From positions 8,184,001 to 8,248,000 of the forward strand of contig OZ024745.1 of the NCBI GenBank assembly GCA_964016885.1: a stretch of DNA of 64,000 nt, in the 5' to 3' direction. This document shows, piece by piece, positions 33,696 through 48,600 of this stretch (positions are counted from its first letter, which is position 1; the number at the start of each line of letters is the position of its first letter). Under the pieces are notes generated by a model that saw only the letters and a list, made by a program, of their open reading frames with translations, did not search any database and was not told the DNA's origin. Position numbers and translations under genes: made by a program. Source of the stretch: Eledone cirrhosa. Its lineage: Eukaryota.

Positions 33696-36600
33696 TTAGT
33701 GACAGGCTGAGTGTTATAGTCAAGACACTTAAGCTTAGTGACAGGCTGAGTGTTATAGTCAAGACACTTAAGCTTAGTGACAGGCTGGGTGTTATAGTCA
33801 AGACAATTAAGCTTAGTGACAGGCTGGGTGTTATAGTCAAGACACTTAAGCTTAGTGACAGGCTGAGTGTTATAGTCAAGACACTTAAGCTTAGTGACAG
33901 GCTGAGTGTTATAGTCAAGACACTTAAGCTTAGTGACAGGCTGAGTGTTATAGTCAAGACACTTAATCTTAGTGACAAGCTGAGGGTTATAGTCCCGACA
34001 CTTAAGCTTAGTGACAGGCTGAGTGTTATAGTCAAGACACTTAAGCTTAGTGACAGGCTGGGTGTTATAGTCAAGACACTTAAGCTTAGTGACAGGCTTA
34101 GTGTTATAGTCAAGAAAACTTAAGCTAAGTGACAGGCTGAGTGTTATACTCAAGACACTTAAGCTTAATGACAGGCGGAGTATTATAGTCAAGACACTTA
34201 AGCTTAGTGACGGGCTGAGTGTTATAATCAAGTCACTTAAACTTAGTGACAGGCTGAGTGTTATACTCAAGACACTTAAGCTTAGTGACAGGCTGAGTGT
34301 TATACTCAAGACACTTAAGTTAGTGACGGGCTGAGTGTTATAGTCAAGACACTTAAGCTTAGTGACGGGCTGAGTGTTATAGTCAAGAAACTTAAGTTTA
34401 GTGACAGGCTGAGTGTTATAGTCACGACACTTAAGCTTAGTGACAGGCTGAGTGTTATAGTCAAGACACATAAGCCTAGTGACGGGCTGAGTGTTATAGT
34501 CAAGACACTTAAGTTATTGACGGGCTGAGTGTTATAGTCACGACACTTAAGCTTAGTGACAGGCTGAGTGTTATAGTCAAGACACTTAAGCCTAGTGACG
34601 GGCTGAGTGTTATAGTCAAGACACTTAAGCTTAGTGACAGGCTGAGTGTTATAGTCAAGACTCTTAAGGTTAGTGTGAGACTGATTGTTATAATCAAGAC
34701 ACTTAAGCTTAGTGACAGGCTGAGTGTTATAGTCAAGACACTTAAGCCTAGTGACAGGCTTAGTGTAATAGTCAAGACACTTAAGCTGACTGACAGACTG
34801 AGTGTTATAGTAAAGAAACTTAAGCTTAGTGACAGGCTGAGTGTTATACTCAAGACACTTAAGCTTAGTGACAGGCTGAGTATTATAGTCAAGAACGTAA
34901 GCTTAGTGACAGGCTGAGTGTTATAGTCAAGACACTTAAGCTTAGTGACAGGCTGAGTGTTATAGTCAAGACACTTAAGCTTAGTGACAGGCTGAGTGTT
35001 ATAGTCAAGACACTTAATATTAGTGACAAGCTGAGGGTTATACTCAAGACACTTAAGCTTAGTGACAGGCTGAGTGTTATAGTCAAGACACTTAAGCTTA
35101 GTGACAGGCTGAGTTTTTATACTCAAGATACTTAAGCTTAGTGACAGGCTGAGTGTTATAGTCAAGACACTTAAGCTTAGTGGCAGGCTGAGTGTTATAC
35201 TCAAGACACTTAAGCTTAGTGACCGGCTGAGTGTTATAGTCAAGACACTTAAGCTTGGTGACGGGCTGAGTGTTATAGTCAAGACACTTAAGCTTAGTGA
35301 CGGGCTGAGTGTTATAGTCAAGACACTTAAGCTTAGTGACAGGCTGAGTGTTATACTCAAGACACTTAAGATTAGTGACCGGCTGAGTGTTATACTCAAG
35401 ACACTTAAGCTTAGTGACGGGCAGAGTGTTATAGTCAAGACACTTAAGCTTAGTGACGGGCTGAGTGTTATAGTCAAGACACTTAAGCTTAGTGACAGGC
35501 TGAGTGTTATAGTCAAGAAACTTAAGTTTAGTGACAGGCTGAGTGTTATAGTCAAGACACTTAAGCTTAGTGACAGGCTGAGCGTTATAATCAAGACGCT
35601 TAAGCCTAGTGACGGGCTGAGTGTTATAGTCAAGACACTTAAGCTTAGTGACAGGCTGTGTGTTATAGTCAAGTCTCTTAAGCTTAGTGAGAGACTGATT
35701 GTTATAATCAAGACACTTAAGCTGACTGACAGACTGAGTGTTATAGTAAAGACACTTAAGCTTAGTGACAGTCTGAGTGTTATACTCAAGACACTTAAGC
35801 TTAGTGACAGTCTGAGTATTATAGTCAAGACACTTAAGCTTAGTGACAAGCTGAGTGTTATAGTCAAGACACCTAAGCTTAGTGATAGGCTGAGTGTTAT
35901 AGTCAAGACACTTAAGCTTAGTGACAAGGTGAGTGTTATAGTCAAGACACTTAAGCTTAGTGACAGGCTGAGTGTTATACTCAAGACACTTAAGCTTAGA
36001 GACAGGCTGAGTATTATAGTCAAGAACGTAAGCTTAGTGACAGGCTGAGTGTTATAGTCAAGACACTTAAGCTTAGTGACAGGCTGAGTGTTATAGTCAA
36101 TACACTTAAGCTTAGTGACAGGCTGAGTGTTATAGTCAAGACACTTAATATTAGTGACAAGCTGAGGGTTATACTCAAGACACTTAAGCTTAGTGACAGG
36201 CTGAGTGTTATAGTCAAGACACTTAAGCTTAGTGACAGGCTGAGTGTTATACTCAAGATACTTAAGCTTAGTGACAGGCTGAGTGTTATAGTCAAGACAC
36301 TTAAGCTTAGTGACAGGCTGAGTGTTATAGTCAAGACACTTAAGCTTAGTGACAGGCTGAGTGTTATAGTCAAGACACTTAAGCTTAGTGACAGGCTGAG
36401 TGTTATAGTCAAGACACTTAAGCTTAGTGACGGGCTGAGTGTTATAGTCAAGACACTTAAGCTTAGTGACAGGCTGAGTGTTATAGTCAAGAAACTTAAG
36501 TTTAGTGACAGGCTGAGTGTTATAGTCAAGAATCTTAAGCTTAGTGACAGGCTGAGCGTTTTAATCAAGACACTTAAGCCTAGTGACGGGCTGAGTGTTA

Positions 36601-39600
36601 TAGTCAAGACACTTAAGCTTAGTGACAGGCTGTGTGTTATAGTCAAGACTATTAAGCTTAGTGAGAGACTGATTGTTATAATCAAGACACTTAAGCTGAC
36701 TGACAGACTGAGTGTTATAGTAAAGACACTTAAGCTTAGTGACAGTCAGGGTGTTATACTCAAGACACTTAAGCTTAGTGACAGTCTGAGTATTATAGTC
36801 AAGACACTTAAGCTTAGTGACAAGCTGAGTGTTATAGTCAAGACACCTAAGCTTAGTGATAGGCTGAGTGTTATAGTCAAGACACTTAAGCTTAGTGACA
36901 AGGTGAGTGTTATAGTCAAGACACTTAAGCTTAGTGACAGGCTGAGTGTTATACTCAAGACACTTAAGCTTAGTGACGGGCTGAGTGTTATAATCAAGTC
37001 ACTTAAACTAGTGACAGGCTGATTGTTATACTCACGACACTTAAGCTTAGTGACAGGCTGGGTGTTATAGTCAAGACACTTAAGCTTAGTAACAGGCTGA
37101 GTGTTATAATCAAGACACTTAAGCTTAGTGACAGGCTTAGTGTAATAGTCAAGACACTTAAGCTTAGTGACAGGCTGAGTGTTATACTCAAGACACTTAA
37201 GTTAGTGACGGGCTGAGTGTTATATTCAAGACACTTCAGCTTAGTGACAGGCTGAGTGTTATAGTCAAGACACTTAAGCTTAGTGACAGGCTGAGTGTTA
37301 TAGTCAAGACACTTAAGCCTAGTGACAGGCTTAGTGTAATAGTCAAGACACTTAAGCTTAGTGACAGGCCGAGTGTTATAGTCAAGACACTTAAGCTTAG
37401 TGACAGACTTAGTGTAATAGTCAAGACACTTAAGTTTAAGGTTAGTGACAGGCTGAGTGTTATACTCAAGACACTTAAGCTTTGTGGCAGGCTGAGTGTT
37501 ATACTCAAGACACTTAAGCTTAGTGACCGGCTGAGTATTATAGTCAAGACACTTAAAGTTAGTGACGAGCTGAGTGTTATAGTCAAGACACTTAAGCTTA
37601 GTGACAGGCTGAGTGTTATACTCAAGACACTTAAGATTAGTGACCGGCTGAGTGTTATACTCAAGACACTTAAGCTTAGTGACGGGCAGAGTGTTATAGT
37701 CAAGACACTTAAGCTTAGTGACGGGCTGAGTGTTATAGTCAAGACACTTAAGCTTAGTGACAGGCTGAGTGTTATAGTCAAGAAACTTAAGTTTAGTGAC
37801 AGGCTGAGTGTTATAGTCAAGACACTTAAGCTTAGTGACAGGCTGAGCGTTATAATCAAGACGCTTAAGCCTAGTGACGGGCTGAGTGTTATAGTCAAGA
37901 CACTTAAGCTTAGTGACAGGCTGTGTGTTATAGTCAAGTCTCTTAAGCTTAGTGAGAGACTGATTGTTATAATCAAGACACTTAAGCTGACTGACAGACT
38001 GAGTGTTATAGTAAAGACACTTAAGCTTAGTGACAGTCTGAGTGTTATACTCAAGACACTTAAGCTTAGTGACAGTCTGAGTATTATAGTCAAGACACTT
38101 AAGCTTAGTGACAAGCTGAGTGTTATAGTCAAGACACCTAAGCTTAGTGATAGGCTGAGTGTTATAGTCAAGACACTTAAGCTTAGTGACAAGGTGAGTG
38201 TTATAGTCAAGACACTTAAGCTTAGTGACAGGCTGAGTGTTATACTCAAGACACTTAAGCTTAGAGACAGGCTGAGTATTATAGTCAAGAACGTAAGCTT
38301 AGTGACAGGCTGAGTGTTATAGTCAAGACACTTAAGCTTAGTGACAGGCTGAGTGTTATAGTCAATACACTTAAGCTTAGTGACAGGCTGAGTGTTATAG
38401 TCAAGACACTTAATATTAGTGACAAGCTGAGGGTTATACTCAAGACACTTAAGCTTAGTGACAGGCTGAGTGTTATAGTCAAGACACTTAAGCTTAGTGA
38501 CAGGCTGAGTGTTATACTCAAGATACTTAAGCTTAGTGACAGGCTGAGTGTTATAGTCAAGACACTTAAGCTTAGTGACAGGCTGAGTGTTATAGTCAAG
38601 ACACTTAAGCTTAGTGACAGGCTGAGTGTTATAGTCAAGACACTTAAGCTTAGTGACAGGCTGAGTGTTATAGTCAAGACACTTAAGCTTAGTGACGGGC
38701 TGAGTGTTATAGTCAAGACACTTAAGCTTAGTGACAGGCTGAGTGTTATAGTCAAGAAACTTAAGTTTAGTGACAGGCTGAGTGTTATAGTCAAGAATCT
38801 TAAGCTTAGTGACAGGCTGAGCGTTTTAATCAAGACACTTAAGCCTAGTGACGGGCTGAGTGTTATAGTCAAGACACTTAAGCTTAGTGACAGGCTGTGT
38901 GTTATAGTCAAGACTATTAAGCTTAGTGAGAGACTGATTGTTATAATCAAGACACTTAAGCTGACTGACAGACTGAGTGTTATAGTAAAGACACTTAAGC
39001 TTAGTGACAGTCAGGGTGTTATACTCAAGACACTTAAGCTTAGTGACAGTCTGAGTATTATAGTCAAGACACTTAAGCTTAGTGACAAGCTGAGTGTTAT
39101 AGTCAAGACACCTAAGCTTAGTGATAGGCTGAGTGTTATAGTCAAGACACTTAAGCTTAGTGACAAGGTGAGTGTTATAGTCAAGACACTTAAGCTTAGT
39201 GACAGGCTGAGTGTTATACTCAAGACACTTAAGCTTAGTGACGGGCTGAGTGTTATAATCAAGTCACTTAAACTAGTGACAGGCTGATTGTTATACTCAC
39301 GACACTTAAGCTTAGTGACAGGCTGGGTGTTATAGTCAAGACACTTAAGCTTAGTAACAGGCTGAGTGTTATAATCAAGACACTTAAGCTTAGTGACAGG
39401 CTTAGTGTAATAGTCAAGACACTTAAGCTTAGTGACAGGCTGAGTGTTATACTCAAGACACTTAAGTTAGTGACGGGCTGAGTGTTATATTCAAGACACT
39501 TAAGCTTAGTGACAGGCTGAGTGTTATAGTCAAGACACTTAAGCTTAGTGACAGGCTGAGTGTTATAGTCAAGACACTTAAGCCTAGTGACAGGCTTAGT

Positions 39601-42600
39601 GTAATAGTCAAGACACTTAAGCTTAGTGACAGGCCGAGTGTTATAGTCAAGACACTTAAGCTTAGTGACAGACTTAGTGTAATAGTCAAGACACTTAAGT
39701 TTAAGGTTAGTGACAGGCTGAGTGTTATACTCAAGACACTTAAGCTTTGTGGCAGGCTGAGTGTTATACTCAAGACACTTAAGCTTAGTGACCGGCTGAG
39801 TATTATAGTCAAGACACTTAAAGTTAGTGACGAGCTGAGTGTTATAGTCAAGACACTTAAGCTTAGTGACAGGCTTAGTGTTATAGTCAAGACACTTAAG
39901 CCTAGTGACGGGCTGAGTGTTATAGTCAAGACACTTAAGCTTAGTGACAGGCTGAGTGTTATAGTCAAGACTCTTAAGGTTAGTGAGAGACTGATTGTTA
40001 TAATCAAGACACTTAAGCTTAGTGACAGGCTGAGTGTTATAGTCAAGACACTTAAGCTTAGTGACAGGCTTAGTGTAATAGTCAAGACACTTAAGCTGAC
40101 TGACAGACTGAGTGTTATAGTAAAGAAACTTAAGCTTAGTGACAGGCTGAGTGTTATACTCAAGACACTTAAGCTTAGTGACAGGCTGAGTATTATAGTC
40201 AAGAACGTAAGCTTAGTGACAGGCTGAGTGTTATAGTCAAGACACTTAAGCTTAGTGACAGGCTGAGTGTTATAGTCAAGACACTTAAGCTTAGTGACAG
40301 GCTGAGTGTTATAGTCAAGACACTTAATATTAGTGACAAGCTGAGGGTTATACTCAATACACTTAAGCTTAGTGACAGGCTGAGTGTTATAGTCAAGACA
40401 CTTAAGCTTAGTGACAGGCTGAGTTTTTATACTCAAGATACTTAAGCTTAGTGACAGGCTGAGTGTTATAGTCAAGACACTTAAGCTTAGTGACAGGCTG
40501 AGTGTTATAGTCAAGACACTTAAGCTTAGTGACAGGCTGAGTGTTATAGTCAAGACACTTAAGCTTAGTGACAGGCTGAGTGTTATAGTCAAGACACTTA
40601 AGCTTAGTGACGGGCTGAGTGTTATAGTCAAGACACTTAAGCTTAGTGACAGGCTGAGTGTTATAGTCAAGAAATTTAAGTTTAGTGACAGGCTGAGTGT
40701 TATAGTCAAGACACTTAAGCTTAGTGACAGGCTGAGCGTTATAATCAAGACACTTAAGCCTAGTGACGGGCTGAGTGTTATAGTCAAGACACTTAAGCTT
40801 AGTGACAGGCTGAGTGTTATAGTCAAGTCTCTTAAGCTTAGTGAGAGACTGATTGTTATAATCAAGACACTTAAGCTGACTGACAGACTGAGTGTTATAG
40901 TAAAGACACTTAAGCTTAGTGACAGTCTGAGTGTTATACTCAAGACACTTAAGCTTAGTGACAGTCTGAGTATTATAGTCAAGACACTTAAGCTTAGTGA
41001 CAAGCTGAGTGTTATAGTCAAGACACCTAAGCTTAGTGATAGGCTGAGTGTTATAGTCAAGACACTTAAGCTTAGTGACAAGGTGAGTGTTATAGTCAAG
41101 ACACTTAAGCTTAGTGACAGGCTGAGTGTTATACTCAAGACACTTAAGCTTAGAGACAGGCTGAGTATTATAGTCAAGAACGTAAGCTTAGTGACAGGCT
41201 GAGTGTTATAGTCAAGACACTTAAGCTTAGTGACAGGCTGAGTGTTATAGTCAAGACACTTAATATTAGTGACAAGCTGAGGGTTATACTCAAGACACTT
41301 AAGCTTAGTGACAGGCTGAGTGTTATAGTCAAGACACTTAAGCTTAGTGACAGGCTGAGTGTTATACTCAAGATACTTAAGCTTAGTGACAGGCTGAGTG
41401 TTATAGTCAAGACACTTAAGCTTAGTGACAGGCTGAGTGTTATAGTCAAGAAACTTAATTTTAGTGACAGGCTGAGTGTTATAGTCAAGACACTTAAGCT
41501 TAGTGACGGGCTGAGTGTTATAGTCAAGACACTTAAGCTTAGTGACAGGCTGAGTGTTATAGTCAAGAAACTTAAGTTTAGTGACAGGCTGAGTGTTATA
41601 GTCAAGAATCTTAAGCTTAGTGACAGGCTGAGCGTTTTAATCAAGACACTTAAGCCTAGTGACGGGCTGAGTGTTATAGTCAAGACACTTAAGCTTAGTG
41701 ACAGGCTGTGTGTTATAGTCAAGACTATTAAGCTTAGTGAGAGACTGATTGTTATAATCAAGACACTTAAGCTGACTGACAGACTGAGTGTTATAGTAAA
41801 GACACTTAAGCTTAGTGACAGTCTGGGTGTTATACTCAAGACACTTAAGCTTAGTGACAGTCTGAGTATTATAGTCAAGACACTTAAGCTTAGTGACAAG
41901 CTGAGTGTTATAGTCAAGACACCTAAGCTTAGTGATAGGCTGAGTGTTATAGTCAAGACACTTAAGCTTAGTGACAAGGTGAGTGTTATAGTCAAGACAC
42001 TTAAGCTTAGTGACAGGCTGAGTGTTATACTCAAGACACTTAAGCTTAGTGACGGGCTGAGTGTTATAATCAAGTCACTTAAACTAGTGACAGGCTGATT
42101 GTTATACTCACGACACTTAAGCTTAGTGACAGGCTGGGTGTTATAGTCAAGACACTTAAGCTTAGTAACAGGCTGAGTGTTATAATCAAGACACGTAAGC
42201 TTAGTGACAGGCTTAGTGTAATAGTCAAGACACTTAAGCTTAGTGACAGGCTGAGTGTTATACTCAAGACACTTAAGTTAGTGACGGGCTGAGTGTTATA
42301 TTCAAGACACTTAAGCTTAGTGACAGGCTGAGTGTTATAGTCAAGACACTTAAGCTTAGTGACAGGCTTAGTGTAATAGTCAAGACACTTAAGCTTAGTG
42401 ACAGGCTGAGTGTTATAGTCAAGACACTTAAGCTTAGTGACAGGCTTAGTGTAATAGTCAAGACACTTAAGTTTAAGGTTAGTGACAGGCTGAGTGTTAT
42501 ACTCAAGACACTTAAGCTTTGTGGCAGGCTGAGTGTTATACTCAAGACACTTAAGCTTAGTGACCGGCTGAGTATTATAGTCAAGACACTTAAAGTTAGT

Positions 42601-45600
42601 GACGAGCTGAGTGTTATAGTCAAGACACTTAAGCTTAGTGACAGGCTTAGTGTTATAGTCAAGTCACTTAAGCTTAGTGACAGGCTGAGTGTTATAGTCA
42701 AGACACTTAAGCCTAGTGACGGGCTGAGTGTTATAGTCAAGACAATTAAGCTTAGTGACAGGCTGAGTGTTATAGTCAAGACTCTTAAGCTTAGTGAGAG
42801 ACTGATTGTTATAATCAAGACACTTAAGCTGACTGACAGACTGAGTGTTATAGTAAAGACACTTAAGCTTAGTGACAGGCTGAGTGTAATAATCAAGACA
42901 CTTAAGCCTAGTGACAGGCTTAGTGTAATAGTCAAGACACTTAAGCTTAGTGGCAGGCTGAGTGTTATACTCAAGACACTTAAGCTTAGTGACCGGCTGA
43001 GTGTTATAGTCAAGACACTTAAGCTTAGTGACAGGCTGAGTGTTATAGTCTAGACACTTAAGCTTGGTGACGGGCTGAGTGTTATAGTCAAGACACTTAA
43101 GCTTAGTGACGGGCTGAGTGTTATAGTCAAGACACTTAAGCTTAGTGACAGGCTGAGTGTTATACTCAAGACACTTAAGATTAGTGACCGGCTGAGTGTT
43201 ATACTCAAGACACTTAAGCTTAGTGACGGGCAGAGTGTTATAGTCAAGACACTTAAGCTTAGTGAGAGGCTGAGTGTTATAGTCAAGACACTTAAGCTTA
43301 GTGATAGGCTGAGTGTTATAATCAAGTCACTTAAACATAGTGACATGCTGAGTGTTATACTCAAGACACTTAAGCTTAGTGACAGACTGAGTGTTATACT
43401 CAAGAAACTTGAGTTAGTGACGGGCTGAGTTTTATATTCAAGACACTTAAGCTTAGTGACAGGCTGAGATTTATAGTCAAGAAACTTAATTTTAGTGACA
43501 GGCTGAGTGTTATAGTCACGACACTTAAGCTTATTGACAGGCTGAGTGTTATAGTCAAGACACTTAAGCCTAGTGACGGGCTGAGTGTTATAGTCAAGAC
43601 AAATAAGCTTAGTGACAGGCTGAGTGTTATAGTCTAGACACTTAAGCTTGGTGACGGGCTGAGTGTTATAGTCAAGACACTTAAGCTTAGTGACGGGCTG
43701 AGTGTTATAGTCAAGACACTTAAGCTTAGTGACAGGCTGAGTGTTATAGTCAAGACTCTTAAGCTTAGTGAGAGACTGATTGTTATAATCAAGACACTTA
43801 AGCTGACTGACAGACTGAGTGTTATAGTAAAGAGACTTAAGCTTAGTGACAGGCTGAGTGTTATACTCAAGAATCTTAAGCTTAGTGACAGGCTGAATGT
43901 TATAGTCAAGACACTTAAGCTTAGTGACAGTGTGAGTGTTATAGTCAAGACACTTAAGCTTAGTTGCAGGCTGAGTGTTATAGTCAAGACACTTAATCTT
44001 AGTGACAAGCTGAGAGTCATACTCAAGACACTTAAGCTTAATGACAGGCTGAGTGTTATAGTCAAGTCACTTAAGCTTAGTGACAGGCTGAGTGTTATAG
44101 TCAAGACACTTAAGCTTAGTGACGGGCTGAGTGTTATAATCAATTCACTTAAACTTAGTGACAGGCTGAGTGTTATATTCAAGACATTTAAGCTTAGTGA
44201 CAGGCTGGGTGTTATAGTCAAGACACTTAAGCTTAGTAACAGGCTGAGTGTTATAATCAAGACACTTAAGCCTAGTGACAGGCTTAGTGTAATAGTCAAG
44301 ACACTTGAGCTTAGTGACAGGCTGAGCGTTATATTCAAGACACTTGAGTTAGTGACGGGCTGAGTGTTATAGACAAGACACTTAAGCTTAGTGACAGGCT
44401 GAGTGTTATAGTCAAGACACTTAAGCTTAGAACAGGCTGAGTGTTATAATCAGGAAACTTAATTTTAGTGACAGGCTGAGTGTTATAGTCACGACACTTA
44501 AGCTTATTGACAGGCTGAGTGTTATAGTCAAGACACTTAAGCCTCGTGACGTGGTTATAGTCAAGACAATTAAGCTTAGTGACAGGCCGAGTGTTATAGT
44601 CAAGACTCTTAAGCTTAGTGAGAGACTGAGTGTTATAATCAAGACACTTAAGCTGACTGACAGACTGAGTGTTATAGTAAAGACACTTAAGCTTAGTGAC
44701 AGGCTGAGTGTTATACTTAAGACACTTAAGCTTAATGACAGGCTAGTTGTTATAGTCAAGACACTTAAGCTTAGTGACAGGCTGAGTGTTATACTCAAGA
44801 TACTTACGCTTAGTGACAGGCTGAGTGTTATAGCCAAGTCACATAAGCTTAGTGACAGGCTGAGTGTTATACTCAAGACACTTAAGCTTAGTGACTGGCT
44901 AGTTGTTATAGTCAAGACACTTAAACATAGTAACAGGCTGAGTATTATAATCAAGACACTTAAGCCTAGTGACAGGCTTAGTGTAATAGTCAAATCACCT
45001 AAGCTTAGTGACAGGCTGAGTGTTATAGTCTAACCACTTAAGCTTGGTGACGGGCTGAGTGTTATAGTCAAGACACTTAAGCTTAGTGACAGGCTGAGTG
45101 TTATAGTCAAGACACTTAAGCTTAGTGACAGGCTGTGTGTTATAGTCAAGAAACTTAAGTTTAGTGACAGGCTGAGTATTATAGTCAAGACACTTAAGCT
45201 TAGTGACAGGCTGAGTGTTATAGTCAAGACACTTAAGCTTAGTGACAGGCTGAGTGTTATAGTCAAGAAACTTAAGTTTAATGACAGGCTGAGTGTTATA
45301 GTCAAGACACTTAAGCTTAGTGACAGGCTGAGTGTTATAGTCAAGACACTTAAGCCTAGTGACAGGCTAAGTGTTATAGTCAATACACTTAAGCTTAGTG
45401 ACAGGCTGAGTATTATAGTCAAGACACTTAAGCTTAGTGACGGGCTGAGTGTTATAATCAAGCCACTTAAACTAGTGACAGGCTGATTGTTATACTCAAG
45501 ACACTTAAGCTTAGTGACAGGCTGGGTGTTATAGTCAAGACACTTAAGCTTAGTAACAGGCTGAGTGTTATAATCAAGACACTTAAGCCTAGTGACAGGC

Positions 45601-48600
45601 TTAGTGTAATAGTCAAGACACTTAAGCTTAGTGACAGGCTGAGTGTTATACTCAAGACACTTAAGTTAGTGACGGGCTGAGTGTTATAGTCAAGACACTT
45701 AAGCTTAGTGACAGGCTGAGTGTTATAGTCAAGACACTTAAGCTTAGTGACAGGCTGAATATTATAGTCAAGACACTTAAACCTAGTGACAGGCTTAGTG
45801 TAATAGTCAAGACACTTAAGCTTAGTGACAGGCTTAGTGTAATAGTCAAGACACTTAAGGTTAAGGTTAGTGACAGGCTGAATGTTATACTCAAGACACT
45901 TAAGCTTAGTGACAGGCTGAGTGTTATACTCAAGACACTTAAGCTTAGTGACCGGCTGAGTATTATAGTCAAGACACTTAAAGTTAGTGACGAGCTGAGT
46001 GTTATAGTCAAGACACTTAAGCTTAGTGACAGGCTTAGTGTTATAGTCAAGTCACTTAAGCTTAGTGAGAGACTGATTGTTATAATCAAGACACTTAAGC
46101 TGAGTGACAGGCTGAGTGTTATAGTCAAGACTCCTAAGCTTAGTGAGAGACTGAGTGTTATAGTAAAGACACTTAAGCTTAGTGACAGGCTGAGTGTTAT
46201 ACTCAAGACACTTAAGCTTAATGACAGGCTGAGTTTATAGTCAAGACACTTAAGCTTAGTGACAGGCTGAATGTTATAATCAAGACACTTAAGCTTAGTG
46301 ACAGTCTGAGTGGTATAGTCAAGACACTTAAGCTTAGTTGCAGGCTGAGTGTTATAGTCAAGACACTTAATCTTAGTGACAAGCTGAGAGTTATACTCAA
46401 GACACTTAAGCTTAGTGACAGGCTGAGTGTTATAGTCAAGACACTTAAGCTTAGTGACAAGCTGAGTGTTATAATCAAGTCACTTAAACATAGTGACATG
46501 CTGAGTGTTATACTCAAGACACGGAAGCTTAGTTACAGGCTGGGTGTTATAGTCAAGACACTTAAGCTTAGTGACAGGCTGAGTGTTATAGTCAAGACAC
46601 TTAAGAGTAGTGACAGGCTGAGTGTTATAGTCAAGACACTTAAGCTTAGTGACGGGCTGAGTGTTATAGTCAAGACATTTAAGCTTAGTGACAGGCTGAG
46701 TGTTATAGTAAAGACACTTAAGCTTAGTGACAGGCTGACCGTTATAATCAAGACACTTAAGCCTAGTGACGGGCTGAGTGTTATAGTCAAGACACTTAAG
46801 CTTAGTGACAGGCTGTGTGTTATAGTCAAGACTCTTAAGCTTAGTGAGAGACTGATTGTTATAATCAAGACACTTAAGCTGACTGACAGACTGAGTGTTA
46901 TAGTAAAGACACTTAAGCTTAGTGACAGTCTGAGTGTTATACTCAAGACACTTAAGCTTAGTGACAGTCTGAGTATTATAGTCAAGACACTTAAGCTTAG
47001 TGACAGGCTGAGTGTTATAGTCAAGACACCTAAGCTTAGTGATAGGCTGAGTGTTATAGTCAAGACACTTAAGCTTAGTGACAAGGTGAGTGTTATAGTC
47101 AAGACACTTAAGCTTAGTGACAGGCTGAGTGTTATACTCAAGACACTTAAGCTTAGTGACGGGCTGAGTGTTATAATCAAGTCACTTAAACTAGTGACAG
47201 GTTGATTGTTATACTCACGACACTTAAGCTTAGTGACAGGCTGGGTGTTATAGTCAAGACACTTAAGCTTAGTAACAGGCTGAGTGTTATAATCAAGACA
47301 CTTAAGCTTAGTGACAGGCTTAGTGTAATAGTCAAGACACTTAAGCTTAGTGACAGGCTGAGTGTTATACTCAAGACACTTAAGTTAGTGACGGGCTGAG
47401 TGTTATATTCAAGACACTTAAGCTTAGTGACAGGCTTAGCGTTATAATCAAGACACTTAAGCCTAGTGACGGGCTGAGTGTTATAGTCAAGACACTTAAG
47501 CTTAGTGACAGGCTGTGTGTTATAGTCAAGACTCTTAAACTTAGTGAGAGACTGATTGTTATAATCAAGACATTTAAGCTGACTGACAGACTGAGTGTTA
47601 TAGTAAAGACACTTAAGCTTAGTGACAGTCTGAGTGTTATACTCAAGACACCTAAGCTTAGTGATAGGCTGAGTGTTATAGTCAAGACACTTAAGCTTAG
47701 TGACAAGGTGAGTGTTATAGTCAAGACATTTAAGCTTAGTGACAGGCTGATTTTTATACTCACGACACTTAAGCTTAGTGACAGGCTGGGTGTTATAGTC
47801 AAGACACTTAAGCTTAGTAACAGGCTGAGTGTTATAATCAAGACACTTAAGCTTAGTGACAGGCTTAGTGTAATAGTCAAGACACTTAAGCTTAGTGACA
47901 GGCAGAGTGTTATACTCAAGACACTTAAGTTAGTGACGGGCTGAGTGTTATATTCAAGACACTTAAGCTTAGTGACAGGCTGAGTGTTATAGTCAAGACA
48001 CTTAAGCTTAGTGACAGGCTGAGTGTTATAGTCAAGACACTTAAGCCTAGTGACAGGCTTAGTGTAATAGTCAAGACACTTAAGCTTAGTGACAGGCTGA
48101 GTGTTATAGTCAAGACACTTAAGCTTAGTGACAGGCTTAGTGTAATAGTCAAGACACTTAAGTTTAAGGTTAGTGACAGGCTGAGTGTTATACTCAAGAC
48201 ACTTAAGCTTAGTGGCAGGCTGAGTGCTATACTCAAGACACTTAAGCTTAGTGACCGGCTGAGTATTATAGTCAAGACACTTAAAGTTAGTGACGAGCTG
48301 AGTCTTATAGTCAAGACACTTAAGCTTAGTGACAGGCTTAGTGTTATAGTCAAGTCACTTAAGCCTAGTGACGGGCTGAGTGTTATAGTCAAGACAATTA
48401 AGCTTAGTGACAGGCTGAGTGTTATAGTCAAGACTCTTAAGCTTAGTGAGAGACTGATTGTTATAATCAAGACACTTAAGCTGACTGACAGACTGAGTGT
48501 TATAGTAAAGACACTTAAGCTTAGTGACAGGCTGAGTGTAATAATCAAGACACTTAAGCCTAGTGACAGGCTTAGTGTAATAGTCAAGACACTTAAGCTT

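Noticed and set aside
11311-33740. Common ancestry of satellites A and B (shared TAG(A/T)GACAG, TGTTAT, AGAC in the same order)
   Set aside because: The matches are short, need large gaps and rely partly on minor variants. Not distinguishable from chance by eye.
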